From NCBI RefSeq assembly GCF_963853765.1, contig NC_088858.1, forward strand, positions 50,654,001-50,718,000: a DNA stretch of 64,000 bases. The letters are read 5' to 3'. Every line of letters begins with the position of its first letter. Position 1 is the first letter of the stretch. Origin of the DNA: Magallana gigas. Lineage: Eukaryota. The notes under the pieces were generated by a model, which was given only the letters and a program-made list of their open reading frames with translations, did not search any database and was not told where the DNA came from. Shown here piece by piece: positions 36,816-50,800 of this stretch. Position numbers and translations under genes: made by a program.

Positions 36816-37280
36816 CTAAGCTTTTTTTTTTACCTCGCCTAGCCTGCTATGGCCAAGTCCTCTTCCGTACACCCCTTTTCTTGGCAGTCTGTTTTCAACC
36901 AGAACTTTTCCGTACCCTCCCAAAAACAGATCGTTTCGAGGAAGATCGCCGTACAATTGCTTTCCATAGAGTCCACCATACAGAACATTCTTTCTATTTG
37001 TTCTCGTTTCAATCAGACCTTTTCCGTACGATCCTCCATACAGTTCGCTCCCAATAAGATCACCATACAATTCATTTCCATAGGGTCCACCAAAGTGACC
37101 ATAGAGACCATTCCTTTTATTTGTTCTTATTTCAATCAGACCTTTTCCGTACGATCCTCCATACAGTTCGCTCCCAATAAGATCACCATACAATGTGTTT
37201 CTATCATAGAGACTGTTTGTTTTGTATCCATAGCAAAAGGCCACAGAAAAAAGGACCACAAAAAAGATCAGTCGGATCAT
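36816..37280 (-). CDS. Gly/Tyr-rich secreted protein, copy C1 (154 aa; G26D and Y63F relative to C2)
   Basis: Same signal peptide, repeats and tail ..GEVKKKA. Confidence 0.88.
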   Translation of the reverse strand: MIRLIFFVVLFSVAFCYGYKTNSLYDRNTLYGDLIGSELYGGSYGKGLIEIRTNKRNGLYGHFGGPYGNELYGDLIGSELYGGSYGKGLIETRTNRKNVLYGGLYGKQLYGDLPRNDLFLGGYGKVLVENRLPRKGVYGRGLGHSRLGEVKKKA

Positions 37281-37398
37281 CTAGAACAGAAATATTGATT
37301 GATCTTATTTCAAAATAAGGACCATTTGATTCATTTGGTATTAAGAAAAAATTAACATACGTCAATAATGAAATTTAAAATAAAGCAATTTGGCCTAC

Positions 37399-37470
37399 CT
37401 TGCTGATAAACAAAAAGGACTTGGTATAAGATACTGTGTGCTTATGGCTCAATGTGCAGGGGTATATATA
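37399..37470 (-). promoter_or_regulatory. TATA box (37463-37470) and non-coding exon 1 (3' end 37399) of C1; repeated in each unit
   Basis: GTATATATAC upstream of donor CAGCAAG|GTAGG; 118-nt intron to TTCTAG|ATG. Confidence 0.65.
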
Positions 37471-38203
37471 CTAACAGTCACGTAAAAGACAACCAAATAT
37501 CATCAATAAAAACAGTCGTAATAACCACAATGTGACACAACTCCAACGAACATTAAACATTGAAAGAAATAATTCATCACAGGAGGCCATAGTAAAAAAA
37601 AAAACAATACTAATTGATAAATTTGAAAAATTAGACAGGGTCATCGAGATTACGGAGCAAAAATAGTCATTAAGGTAATTGTTTTATTCTACATATTGTG
37701 GTCCTCGTTTGTCCCTAATTGACAATCATGATTTAATGTACTATTTCTTGGTATCATTATCATTATAAATTTTCCAGTTTGAGTTCGATTTATGCATATC
37801 ATTAGTTGGTATTTAAATCAATGTTAAAGCTCATAAAAACATAGATTAGTTATTAAATTTCTAATTTCACTATTTTTATAAGCTCAATATAGTAGAGAAT
37901 AATGACATAAACAAAAATTATGCGTAATAAAGACTATACACATATATGGATATACAAATTTAATTCATACGTGTGGTTATACTACTCGTGTGAGAAACCT
38001 TTGCTTTATCACACGGGCGATGCTTCATCAATACTTCCGGTCCGAACTAATTTTGACATAGCCCTCGCTGAAACGCTTCAGCGACCTATTTTCGAAAATT
38101 TGCTTGTACTTTCAACATAATTATATCTACTACCAAAAATTAAAATATAATGGATTTTGTCAAAGATTTAAATTACAAATATGAAAGAAAACACATAACT
38201 GTT

Positions 38204-38363
38204 AGGCATAAGCGTCAGAACCGGAACCGGAGGAGGGGGTGGGGGGGGGGAGATTAGGGGGAGGTTATACATAACCGTAACCAAAGACTTTTCGTTTTTT
38301 GCTTGTCGAAACTTTTGATAAGTTTAGCCCACCACCCCCTTTCAATTTGCTTCCAGCGCCACT
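38204..38363. mobile_element. Small G/C-tract element carried once per unit (representative copy)
   Basis: AGGCATAAGCGTCAGAACC..(G)n..TTTCAATTTGCTTCCAGCGCCACT; weakly inverted ends; related to 2497-2855. Confidence 0.45.
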
Positions 38364-41300
38364 ATGTGGTTTTTAAAACTCCTAATCACTTAATCTATCA
38401 AGGAGTACATCCTGACGACGCGATGAAAACAGAACGTTTTGGTTGTGTTTATATACAAGAATGCACAGAAAATAAAGTTTTTAAAGACTTTTATTCCACC
38501 ACCAATAAGCATCCTAACTCAATATTTTCCATTTTAAATCATTAAGCTACAATTTGTTTTATAAATCATCAACAGCTGTTCCTCGTTCGAGTCAATTCAA
38601 ACTAACGAGCATTCGCAACTTTCTGAATGTCAACAAACTTGATTCTTCGAGTCGTCTGATCAGTATTTCAATTAAATCAAGTGATTATGCTCTAAGAAAT
38701 ATTATTAAGAGCTTAAAATATTTTTCAAGGTTTATTTTAGTTTGACTTTACATTTAAACAGATAGATTGATCTTCGAAATGACGTTCTAAATTGCATTGC
38801 GCATGGACATAGTAACTGCTTAACAAAGGTCAAATGTATGAGATAAATAGAACATCTATATTGTGTGATTTATTTTACATTTGCTTTAAAATTATCCAAC
38901 TAGTTGAAATGGTTATATTTGTTCTGCAAGACTTGCGAATATATACACCATTTCAACTTGCTGGATAAAGCAAATATAAAATCTCAAAATATAGATATCC
39001 TCTATATATTTGCAAAAATGTAAACATAAGCATGTATACCATCATTGTTTATATACATGCAATGAGACTGGGATTATTGAAGAGGATAGATAGAGAAAGG
39101 GGGTGAGAAAATGGGCCTTGGATAGAGGTTTTGGTATATGGATTTATTTTTATGGTAAAAAAAAAAACACTGGACAAAGAAAGATTTCGAAATGATACTT
39201 TTATGACTTTCTTATAGTAAGAAACAATTATAATTTAGTACTGATATGTTGCCAGTGTCTTCCATATTAATAATTACCACAGTGTTTTAGTAATAAATAT
39301 TTCTATTATTGTTTTCTCTAGACAACGAAACTATAGGGGGTAATCTGGTGTTTGCTAAATACAAGTTTCTTTCTTTCTTCTGTCATTTTACAAAGTCGCC
39401 AGACGACTCGTTACCAATTCAATATCATTTCGAAGAAATCTCTGTCATGCATTGGAGTAAAAAATACAAATCATATTCCTTTGGTATAAAGGAGGTGCTA
39501 CAACAGCTTCTATCAATAGCATTTCAGATGGTCAAATTAAAGAACCTGGGCGCTGGAAGTCAAGAGCTTATAAGTGCTTAGTAAATGTACCAACCTCAAA
39601 GTCAATCTATAATTGAAATGTTAAAGTGTGTACCTTTTTTCTTGCAGCTTACTTGATTTTTTGTATGTTGTCTGATCATAATGGTGTGCACAGAAATGTT
39701 GACTTGTTTATTTTGATTGTGTTTATATATATTTATTCTTTCAGAAGGTGTTGGATCTTCAATTATTTGGCATGCATTCGGTTATGCTAGGATGAATGGG
39801 GGATCCAATCTTGAGTTTCTCCCATAGAAGCTATCATAAAGTTGCAGGGAAAAGACGGCATGTGATGGCGACATGTCCTCTCCTAAATCAGGCAATTGTT
39901 ACGGTATTGGTACGGCATTGTCTGGTTTATCATTGTGAAGGTAATGACATTGGTAAGATAAAATGTTTTGAATTGTGCGAAATAATGGAGAAATCTTTGA
40001 ATGCTCTTTCTTGAATGTTGCCAAGAACGAAAATCATGTGGTCACACATACTGCCAAAACCAACATGGCGTAAGACTAGAAACAATAATGCTCTCAATAA
40101 GACAAGAGTGTGAGTTAAAAACTTTGGTGCTACAGGAATCTTGGAACACCATGGAGGCTATGTTCGCTGTCTAAAGATAGCTTCATCTGACCAAAGCTTA
40201 TTAAGGGCCTATGGTTGCATTAGAAAGAAAATAAAATTGTCCTAGCCTTATAACTAAGAAAAGTTTTATGTCGTCAGGTGTACGAGTTAACCCTTTGGCT
40301 TAGGGTAATGACCATGGCACACACTTTATTCTTAGCCAAATACCAATCATTAACTAAACATTCTAAATTCTTAGACTATGATTTTCTAAAACATTTTAGT
40401 ATTCATCTTAATGATAGTGTTCAGCTGTTGTCTTTAAGGCGGCAAACACTTCGTGTCCATATGGCACAATCTTTAGCTAAACTTGAATAGGGTTATATTT
40501 AGTGAGCATCTGGTCCTATGGCTCGCTGCAACTCTTATCTTCAATTTGCTTCTTTGTTAAAATTAGATATGTTTGATTCTCCAGTATCGGTTTAACAGCT
40601 TTGTATGTATACTTCAATATTTCTGGTTTATTTGCATACTTCAAGTGCATTTCCATTTACATGTATTTGCCATTTGGTTGCTATTATCCTTTTTTACATG
40701 GGTCGGTAACCTTGCTTACAAATACAAATGTAACCAGTCAATGATTGTTAAAGAAAAAGCAAAATGTAACTCAAATGAATCATCTCTGCGTAAAGAATTT
40801 GAAAATTATATCATATTGTTGATAATTCAGTAAATCGATCAATGCTCCTGAGTTGCATAGTGAATGATTCCAAATAGAAATATCCTTTCAATGCAACGAA
40901 ATCAATATTTTTTAAATTTTCGTGCCTTTCATCTTTTAATACATTTTGTTTGAATGTTTTGACATATCAATTCCCGGGAAAACTATAACACGGTCTTCAA
41001 ATTAAATACAGGTTAAATACCACAAACAACACGTGTGATAAATCTCAATACTAAGCAACGAAATAGACTGATAAAACAAAGTCTGAGTTTTTCCCTTCCA
41101 TGATTTATTTGGTGTGTTAATCATTCAAAGACAGTTATAAAGTACAATGTACAGATGTAGTTTCCTGGGACGTCAAATGAGATTGGAACCATTAATAGTA
41201 ACCCTGTAAAAAAGGAGATTTATTAATGTAAAATGCATGCACCATCCTTAAATTTATTATAGAATACATTGGCACGATATCAGTTCTTGCACGATATAGG

Positions 41301-42096
41301 ATGTTCAGTAATATTAAGGTACATGTATACACTATATTATTTTCATTTCGTTGACTAGAAATAATAGTGCTTTGGTTGGAACATAAGCAAATCAGTTATA
41401 AGCACATTAAAATTATTTATCACAGTATTTCTTTTTCCAGAAAATTATAATATATCAATGATTGCAAACTGGTCTAATATGATCTTAACGGATAACAATG
41501 TAATTATCAAAATGCCAAAAAAGTAACCTTTACAGAAGAAAAAGGCTGGACAGTTCATAATTAATTGATTAACAATTGAAGCATTTTGATTGCAGATTAT
41601 TCTCAACAAAACGGTATTATATATTCTAAAAACATAAAAATATTTTTTAAGATTAGAAATATTCCACAGCGTCAGAAGTTTTGATTTTAAAAGAGCATTT
41701 ATGTGGTATATAATGTCATGTGATCCTCATACTTTTAAAATATGACGGTCTGAAAGATGGAGGCAACGTATTTCATACATAACTCTTACATTGGCAGGTT
41801 ACATGTTTTGATCAGAAACTATATACAGTTTACCAAATATAGTAAACAAAGCTAAATCATCGTATACTCTTAAAAGAAAAAAATTGAAGAGGATTGTAAA
41901 GATTGTAACATTTTGAAAATCATAATTTTCAAATCTTTTTCTCTACCACAAGTTAAAAATGAAAAAAAAGTCGTTGACTATAAATCAGCTGGGCCCTCAC
42001 ACCTTGATTTTAAATATATCAATCAAAAAGATTTTCAATGAAAAAGAAATAAATACCGGTATGAGTATCGGATAGTTTTCTTATTAGAATTTTTTA

Positions 42097-42561
42097 CTAA
42101 GCTTTTTTTTTTACCTCGCCTAGCCTGCTATGGCCAAGTCCTCTTCCGTACACCCCTTTTCTTGGCAGTCTGTTTTCAACCAGAACTTTTCCGTACCCTC
42201 CCAAAAACAGATCGTTTCGAGGAAGATCGCCGTACAATTGCTTTCCATAGAGTCCACCATACAGAACATTCTTTCTATTTGTTCTCGTTTCAATCAGACC
42301 TTTTCCGTACGATCCTCCATACAGTTCGCTCCCAATAAGATCACCATACAATTCATTTCCATAGGGTCCACCATAGTGACCATAGAGACCATTCCTTTTA
42401 TTTGTTCTTATTTCAATCAGACCTTTTCCGTACGATCCTCCATACAGTTCGCTCCCAATAAGATCACCATACAATGTGTTTCTACCATAGAGACTGTTTG
42501 TTTTGTATCCATAGCAAAAGGCCACAGAAAAAAGGACCACAAAAAAGATCAGTCGGATCAT
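42097..42561 (-). CDS. Gly/Tyr-rich secreted protein, copy C2 (154 aa)
   Basis: Intact ORF; tail GEVKKKA (A10 run). Confidence 0.88.
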   Translation of the reverse strand: MIRLIFFVVLFSVAFCYGYKTNSLYGRNTLYGDLIGSELYGGSYGKGLIEIRTNKRNGLYGHYGGPYGNELYGDLIGSELYGGSYGKGLIETRTNRKNVLYGGLYGKQLYGDLPRNDLFLGGYGKVLVENRLPRKGVYGRGLGHSRLGEVKKKA

Positions 42562-45500
42562 CTAGAACAGAAATATTGATTGATCTTATTTCAAAATAAG
42601 GACCATTTGATTCATTTGGTATTAAGAAAAAATTAACATACGTCAATAATGAAATTTAAAATAAAGCAATTTGGCCTACCTTGCTGATAAACAAAAAGGA
42701 CTTGGTATAAGATACTGTGTGCTTATGGCTCAATGTGCAGGGGTATATATACTAACAGTCACGTAAAAGACAACCAAATATCATCAATAAAAACAGTCGT
42801 AATAACCACAATGTGACACAACTCCAACGAACATTAAACATTGAAAGAAATAATTCATCACAGGAGGCCATAGTAAAAAAAAAAACAATACTAATTGATA
42901 AATTTGAAAAATTAGACAGGGTCATCGAGATTACGGAGCAAAAATAGTCATTAAGGTAATTGTTTTATTCTACATATTGTGGTCCTCGTTTGTCCCTAAT
43001 TGACAATCATGATTTAATGTACTATTTCTTGGTATCATTATCATTATAAATTTTCCAGTTTGAGTTCGATTTATGCATATCATTAGTTGGTATTTAAATC
43101 AATGTTAAAGCTCATAAAAACATAGATTAGTTATTAAATTTCTAATTTCACTATTTTTATAAGCTCAATATAGTAGAGAATAATGACATAAACAAAAATT
43201 ATGCGTAATAAAGACTATACACATATATGGATATACAAATTTAATTCATACGTGTGGTTATACTACTCGTGTGAGAAACCTTTGCTTTATCACACGGGCG
43301 ATGCTTCATCAATACTTCCGGTCCGAACTAATTTTGACATAGCCCTCGCTGAAACGCTTCAGCGACCTATTTTCGAAAATTTGCTTGTACTTTCAACATA
43401 ATTATATCTACTACCAAAAATTAAAATATAATGGATTTTGTCAAAGATTTAAATTACAAATATGAAAGAAAACACATAACTGTTAGGCATAAGCGTCAGA
43501 ACCGGAACCGGAGGAGGGGGTGGGGGGGGGGAGATTAGGGGGAGGTTATACATAACCGTAACCAAAGACTTTTCGTTTTTTGCTTGTCGAAACTTTTGAT
43601 AAGTTTAGCCCACCACCCCCTTTCAATTTGCTTCCAGCGCCACTATGTGGTTTTTAAAACTCCTAATCACTTAATCTATCAAGGAGTACATCCTGACGAC
43701 GCGATGAAAACAGAACGTTTTGGTTGTGTTTATATACAAGAATGCACAGAAAATAAAGTTTTTAAAGACTTTTATTCCACCACCAATAAGCATCCTAACT
43801 CAATATTTTCCATTTTAAATCATTAAGCTACAATTTGTTTTATAAATCATCAACAGCTGTTCCTCGTTCGAGTCAATTCAAACTAACGAGCATTCGCAAC
43901 TTTCTGAATGTCAACAAACTTGATTCTTCGAGTCGTCTGATCAGTATTTCAATTAAATCAAGTGATTATGCTCTAAGAAATATTATTAAGAGCTTAAAAT
44001 ATTTTTCAAGGTTTATTTTAGTTTGACTTTACATTTAAACAGATAGATTGATCTTCGAAATGACGTTCTAAATTGCATTGCGCATGGACATAGTAACTGC
44101 TTAACAAAGGTCAAATGTATGAGATAAATAGAACATCTATATTGTGTGATTTATTTTACATTTGCTTTAAAATTATCCAACTAGTTGAAATGGTTATATT
44201 TGTTCTGCAAGACTTGCGAATATATACACCATTTCAACTTGCTGGATAAAGCAAATATAAAATCTCAAAATATAGATATCCTCTATATATTTGCAAAAAT
44301 GTAAACATAAGCATGTATACCATCATTGTTTATATACATGCAATGGGACTGGGATTATTGAAGAGGATAGATAGAGAAAGGGGGTGAGAAAATGGGCCTT
44401 GGATAGAGGTTTTGGTATATGGATTTATTTTTATGGTAAAAAAAAAAACACTGGACAAAGAAAGATTTCGAAATGATACTTTTATGACTTTCTTATAGTA
44501 AGAAACAATTATAATTTAGTACTGATATGTTGCCAGTGTCTTCCATATTAATAATTACCACAGTGTTTTAGTAATAAATATTTCTATTATTGTTTTCTCT
44601 AGACAACGAAACTATAGGGGGTAATCTGGTGTTTGCTAAATACAAGTTTCTTTCTTTCTTCTGTCATTTTACAAAGTCGCCAGACGACTCGTTACCAATT
44701 CAATATCATTTCGAAGAAATCTCTGTCATGCATTGGAGTAAAAAATACAAATCATATTCCTTTGGTATAAAGGAGGTGCTACAACAGCTTCTATCAATAG
44801 CATTTCAGATGGTCAAATTAAAGAACCTGGGCGCTGGAAGTCAAGAGCTTATAAGTGCTTAGTAAATGTACCAACCTCAAAGTCAATCTATAATTGAAAT
44901 GTTAAAGTGTGTACCTTTTTTCTTGCAGCTTACTTGATTTTTTGTATGTTGTCTGATCATAATGGTGTGCACAGAAATGTTGACTTGTTTATTTTGATTG
45001 TGTTTATATATATTTATTCTTTCAGAAGGTGTTGGATCTTCAATTATTTGGCATGCATTCGGTTATGCTAGGATGAATGGGGGATCCAATCTTGAGTTTC
45101 TCCCATAGAAGCTATCATAAAGTTGCAGGGAAAAGACGGCATGTGATGGCGACATGTCCTCTCCTAAATCAGGCAATTGTTACGGTATTGGTACGGCATT
45201 GTCTGGTTTATCATTGTGAAGGTAATGACATTGGTAAGATAAAATGTTTTGAATTGTGCGAAATAATGGAGAAATCTTTGAATGCTCTTTCTTGAATGTT
45301 GCCAAGAACGAAAATCATGTGGTCACACATACTGCCAAAACCAACATGGCGTAAGACTAGAAACAATAATGCTCTCAATAAGACAAGAGTGTGAGTTAAA
45401 AACTTTGGTGCTACAGGAATCTTGGAACACCATGGAGGCTATGTTCGCTGTCTAAAGATAGCTTCATCTGACCAAAGCTTATTAAGGGCCTATGGTTGCA

Positions 45501-47377
45501 TTAGAAAGAAAATAAAATTGTCCTAGCCTTATAACTAAGAAAAGTTTTATGTCGTCAGGTGTACGAGTTAACCCTTTGGCTTAGGGTAATGACCATGGCA
45601 CACACTTTATTCTTAGCCAAATACCAATCATTAACTAAACATTCTAAATTCTTAGACTATGATTTTCTAAAACATTTTAGTATTCATCTTAATGATAGTG
45701 TTCAGCTGTTGTCTTTAAGGCGGCAAACACTTCGTGTCCATATGGCACAATCTTTAGCTAAACTTGAATAGGGTTATATTTAGTGAGCATCTGGTCCTAT
45801 GGCTCGCTGCAACTCTTATCTTCAATTTGCTTCTTTGTTAAAATTAGATATGTTTGATTCTCCAGTATCGGTTTAACAGCTTTGTATGTATACTTCAATA
45901 TTTCTGGTTTATTTGCATACTTCAAGTGCATTTCCATTTACATGTATTTGCCATTTGGTTGCTATTATCCTTTTTTACATGGGTCGGTAACCTTGCTTAC
46001 AAATACAAATGTAACCAGTCAATGATTGTTAAAGAAAAAGCAAAATGTAACTCAAATGAATCATCTCTGCGTAAAGAATTTGAAAATTATATCATATTGT
46101 TGATAATTCAGTAAATCGATCAATGCTCCTGAGTTGCATAGTGAATGATTCCAAATAGAAATATCCTTTCAATGCAACGAAATCAATATTTTTTAAATTT
46201 TCGTGCCTTTCATCTTTTAATACATTTTGTTTGAATGTTTTGACATATCAATTCCCGGGAAAACTATAACACGGTCTTCAAATTAAATACAGGTTAAATA
46301 CCACAAACAACACGTGTGATAAATCTCAATACTAAGCAACGAAATAGACTGATAAAACAAAGTCTGAGTTTTTCCCTTCCATGATTTATTTGGTGTGTTA
46401 ATCATTCAAAGACAGTTATAAAGTACAATGTACAGATGTAGTTTCCTGGGACGTCAAATGAGATTGGAACCATTAATAGTAACCCTGTAAAAAAGGAGAT
46501 TTATTAATGTAAAATGCATGCACCATCCTTAAATTTATTATAGAATACATTGGCACGATATCAGTTCTTGCACGATATAGGATGTTCAGTAATATTAAGG
46601 TACATGTATACACTATATTATTTTCATTTCGTTGACTAGAAATAATAGTGCTTTGGTTGGAACATAAGCAAATCAGTTATAAGCACATTAAAATTATTTA
46701 TCACAGTATTTCTTTTTCCAGAAAATTATAATATATCAATGATTGCAAACTGGTCTAATATGATCTTAACGGATAACAATGTAATTATCAAAATGCCAAA
46801 AAAGTAACCTTTACAGAAGAAAAAGGCTGGACAGTTCATAATTAATTGATTAACAATTGAAGCATTTTGATTGCAGATTATTCTCAACAAAACGGTATTA
46901 TATATTCTAAAAACATAAAAATATTTTTTAAGATTAGAAATATTCCACAGCGTCAGAAGTTTTGATTTTAAAAGAGCATTTATGTGGTATATAATGTCAT
47001 GTGATCCTCATACTTTTAAAATATGACGGTCTGAAAGATGGAGGCAACGTATTTCATACATAACTCTTACATTGGCAGGTTACATGTTTTGATCAGAAAC
47101 TATATACAGTTTACCAAATATAGTAAACAAAGCTAAATCATCGTATACTCTTAAAAGAAAAAAATTGAAGAGGATTGTAAAGATTGTAACATTTTGAAAA
47201 TCATAATTTTCAAATCTTTTTCTCTACCACAAGTTAAAAATGAAAAAAAAGTCGTTGACTATAAATCAGCTGGGCCCTCACACCTTGATTTTAAATATAT
47301 CAATCAAAAAGATTTTCAATGAAAAAGAAATAAATACCGGTATGAGTATCGGATAGTTTTCTTATTAGAAATTTTTA

Positions 47378-47842
47378 CTAAGCTTTTTTTTTTACCTCGC
47401 CTAGCCTGCTATGGCCAAGTCCTCTTCCGTACACCCCTTTTCTTGGCAGTCTGTTTTCAACCAGAACTTTTCCGTACCCTCCCAAAAACAGATCGTTTCG
47501 AGGAAGATCGCCGTACAATTGCTTTCCATAGAGTCCACCATACAGAACATTCTTTCTATTTGTTCTCGTTTCAATCAGACCTTTTCCGTACGATCCTCCA
47601 TACAGTTCGCTCCCAATAAGATCACCATACAATTCATTTCCATAGGGTCCACCATAGTGACCATAGAGACCATTCCTTTTATTTGTTCTTATTTCAATCA
47701 GACCTTTTCCGTACGATCCTCCATACAGTTCGCTCCCAATAAGATCACCATACAATGTGTTTCTACCATAGAGACTGTTTGTTTTGTATCCATAGCAAAA
47801 GGCCACAGAAAAAAGGACCACAAAAAAGATCAGTCGGATCAT
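47378..47842 (-). CDS. Gly/Tyr-rich secreted protein, copy C3 (154 aa, protein identical to C2)
   Basis: Intact ORF; A10 run. Confidence 0.88.
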   Translation of the reverse strand: MIRLIFFVVLFSVAFCYGYKTNSLYGRNTLYGDLIGSELYGGSYGKGLIEIRTNKRNGLYGHYGGPYGNELYGDLIGSELYGGSYGKGLIETRTNRKNVLYGGLYGKQLYGDLPRNDLFLGGYGKVLVENRLPRKGVYGRGLGHSRLGEVKKKA

Positions 47843-50800
47843 CTAGAACAGAAATATTGATTGATCTTATTTCAAAATAAGGACCATTTGATTCATTTGG
47901 TATTAAGAAAAAATTAACATACGTCAATAATGAAATTTAAAATAAAGCAATTTGGCCTACCTTGCTGATAAACAAAAAGGACTTGGTATAAGATACTGTG
48001 TGCTTATGGCTCAATGTGCAGGGGTATATATACTAACAGTCACGTAAAAGACAACCAAATATCATCAATAAAAACAGTCGTAATAACCACAATGTGACAC
48101 AACTCCAACGAACATTAAACATTGAAAGAAATAATTCATCACAGGAGGCCATAGTAAAAAAAAAAACAATACTAATTGATAAATTTGAAAAATTAGACAG
48201 GGTCATCGAGATTACGGAGCAAAAATAGTCATTAAGGTAATTGTTTTATTCTACATATTGTGGTCCTCGTTTGTCCCTAATTGACAATCATGATTTAATG
48301 TACTATTTCTTGGTATCATTATCATTATAAATTTTCCAGTTTGAGTTCGATTTATGCATATCATTAGTTGGTATTTAAATCAATGTTAAAGCTCATAAAA
48401 ACATAGATTAGTTATTAAATTTCTAATTTCACTATTTTTATAAGCTCAATATAGTAGAGAATAATGACATAAACAAAAATTATGCGTAATAAAGACTATA
48501 CACATATATGGATATACAAATTTAATTCATACGTGTGGTTATACTACTCGTGTGAGAAACCTTTGCTTTATCACACGGGCGATGCTTCATCAATACTTCC
48601 GGTCCGAACTAATTTTGACATAGCCCTCGCTGAAACGCTTCAGCGACCTATTTTCGAAAATTTGCTTGTACTTTCAACATAATTATATCTACTACCAAAA
48701 ATTAAAATATAATGGATTTTGTCAAAGATTTAAATTACAAATATGAAAGAAAACACATAACTGTTAGGCATAAGCGTCAGAACCGGAACCGGAGGAGGGG
48801 GTGGGGGGGGGGAGATTAGGGGGAGGTTATACATAACCGTAACCAAAGACTTTTCGTTTTTTGCTTGTCGAAACTTTTGATAAGTTTAGCCCACCACCCC
48901 CTTTCAATTTGCTTCCAGCGCCACTATGTGGTTTTTAAAACTCCTAATCACTTAATCTATCAAGGAGTACATCCTGACGACGCGATGAAAACAGAACGTT
49001 TTGGTTGTGTTTATATACAAGAATGCACAGAAAATAAAGTTTTTAAAGACTTTTATTCCACCACCAATAAGCATCCTAACTCAATATTTTCCATTTTAAA
49101 TCATTAAGCTACAATTTGTTTTATAAATCATCAACAGCTGTTCCTCGTTCGAGTCAATTCAAACTAACGAGCATTCGCAACTTTCTGAATGTCAACAAAC
49201 TTGATTCTTCGAGTCGTCTGATCAGTATTTCAATTAAATCAAGTGATTATGCTCTAAGAAATATTATTAAGAGCTTAAAATATTTTTCAAGGTTTATTTT
49301 AGTTTGACTTTACATTTAAACAGATAGATTGATCTTCGAAATGACGTTCTAAATTGCATTGCGCATGGACATAGTAACTGCTTAACAAAGGTCAAATGTA
49401 TGAGATAAATAGAACATCTATATTGTGTGATTTATTTTACATTTGCTTTAAAATTATCCAACTAGTTGAAATGGTTATATTTGTTCTGCAAGACTTGCGA
49501 ATATATACACCATTTCAACTTGCTGGATAAAGCAAATATAAAATCTCAAAATATAGATATCCTCTATATATTTGCAAAAATGTAAACATAAGCATGTATA
49601 CCATCATTGTTTATATACATGCAATGAGACTGGGATTATTGAAGAGGATAGATAGAGAAAGGGGGTGAGAAAATGGGCCTTGGATAGAGGTTTTGGTATA
49701 TGGATTTATTTTTATGGTAAAAAAAAAAACACTGGACAAAGAAAGATTTCGAAATGATACTTTTATGACTTTCTTATAGTAAGAAACAATTATAATTTAG
49801 TACTGATATGTTGCCAGTGTCTTCCATATTAATAATTACCACAGTGTTTTAGTAATAAATATTTCTATTATTGTTTTCTCTAGACAACGAAACTATAGGG
49901 GGTAATCTGGTGTTTGCTAAATACAAGTTTCTTTCTTTCTTCTGTCATTTTACAAAGTCGCCAGACGACTCGTTACCAATTCAATATCATTTCGAAGAAA
50001 TCTCTGTCATGCATTGGAGTAAAAAATACAAATCATATTCCTTTGGTATAAAGGAGGTGCTACAACAGCTTCTATCAATAGCATTTCAGATGGTCAAATT
50101 AAAGAACCTGGGCGCTGGAAGTCAAGAGCTTATAAGTGCTTAGTAAATGTACCAACCTCAAAGTCAATCTATAATTGAAATGTTAAAGTGTGTACCTTTT
50201 TTCTTGCAGCTTACTTGATTTTTTGTATGTTGTCTGATCATAATGGTGTGCACAGAAATGTTGACTTGTTTATTTTGATTGTGTTTATATATATTTATTC
50301 TTTCAGAAGGTGTTGGATCTTCAATTATTTGCCATGCATTCGGTTATGCTAGGATGAATGGGGGATCCAATCTTGAGTTTCTCCCATAGAAGCTATCATA
50401 AAGTTGCAGGGAAAAGACGGCATGTGATGGCGACATGTCCTCTCCTAAATCAGGCAATTGTTACGGTATTGGTACGGCATTGTCTGGTTTATCATTGTGA
50501 AGGTAATGACATTGGTAAGATAAAATGTTTTGAATTGTGCGAAATAATGGAGAAATCTTTGAATGCTCTTTCTTGAATGTTGCCAAGAACGAAAATCATG
50601 TGGTCACACATACTGCCAAAACCAACATGGCGTAAGACTAGAAACAATAATGCTCTCAATAAGACAAGAGTGTGAGTTAAAAACTTTGGTGCTACAGGAA
50701 TCTTGGAACACCATGGAGGCTATGTTCGCTGTCTAAAGATAGCTTCATCTGACCAAAGCTTATTTAGGGCCTATGGTTGCATTAGAAAGAAAATAAAATT

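Noticed and set aside
36849-37298. 149-aa plus-strand ORF overlapping each Gly/Tyr gene (also 18614-19063 etc.)
   Set aside because: In-register antisense shadow: it stays open because the sense strand lacks in-frame TTA/CTA/TCA over this stretch. It is broken in copy B and has no recognisable features.
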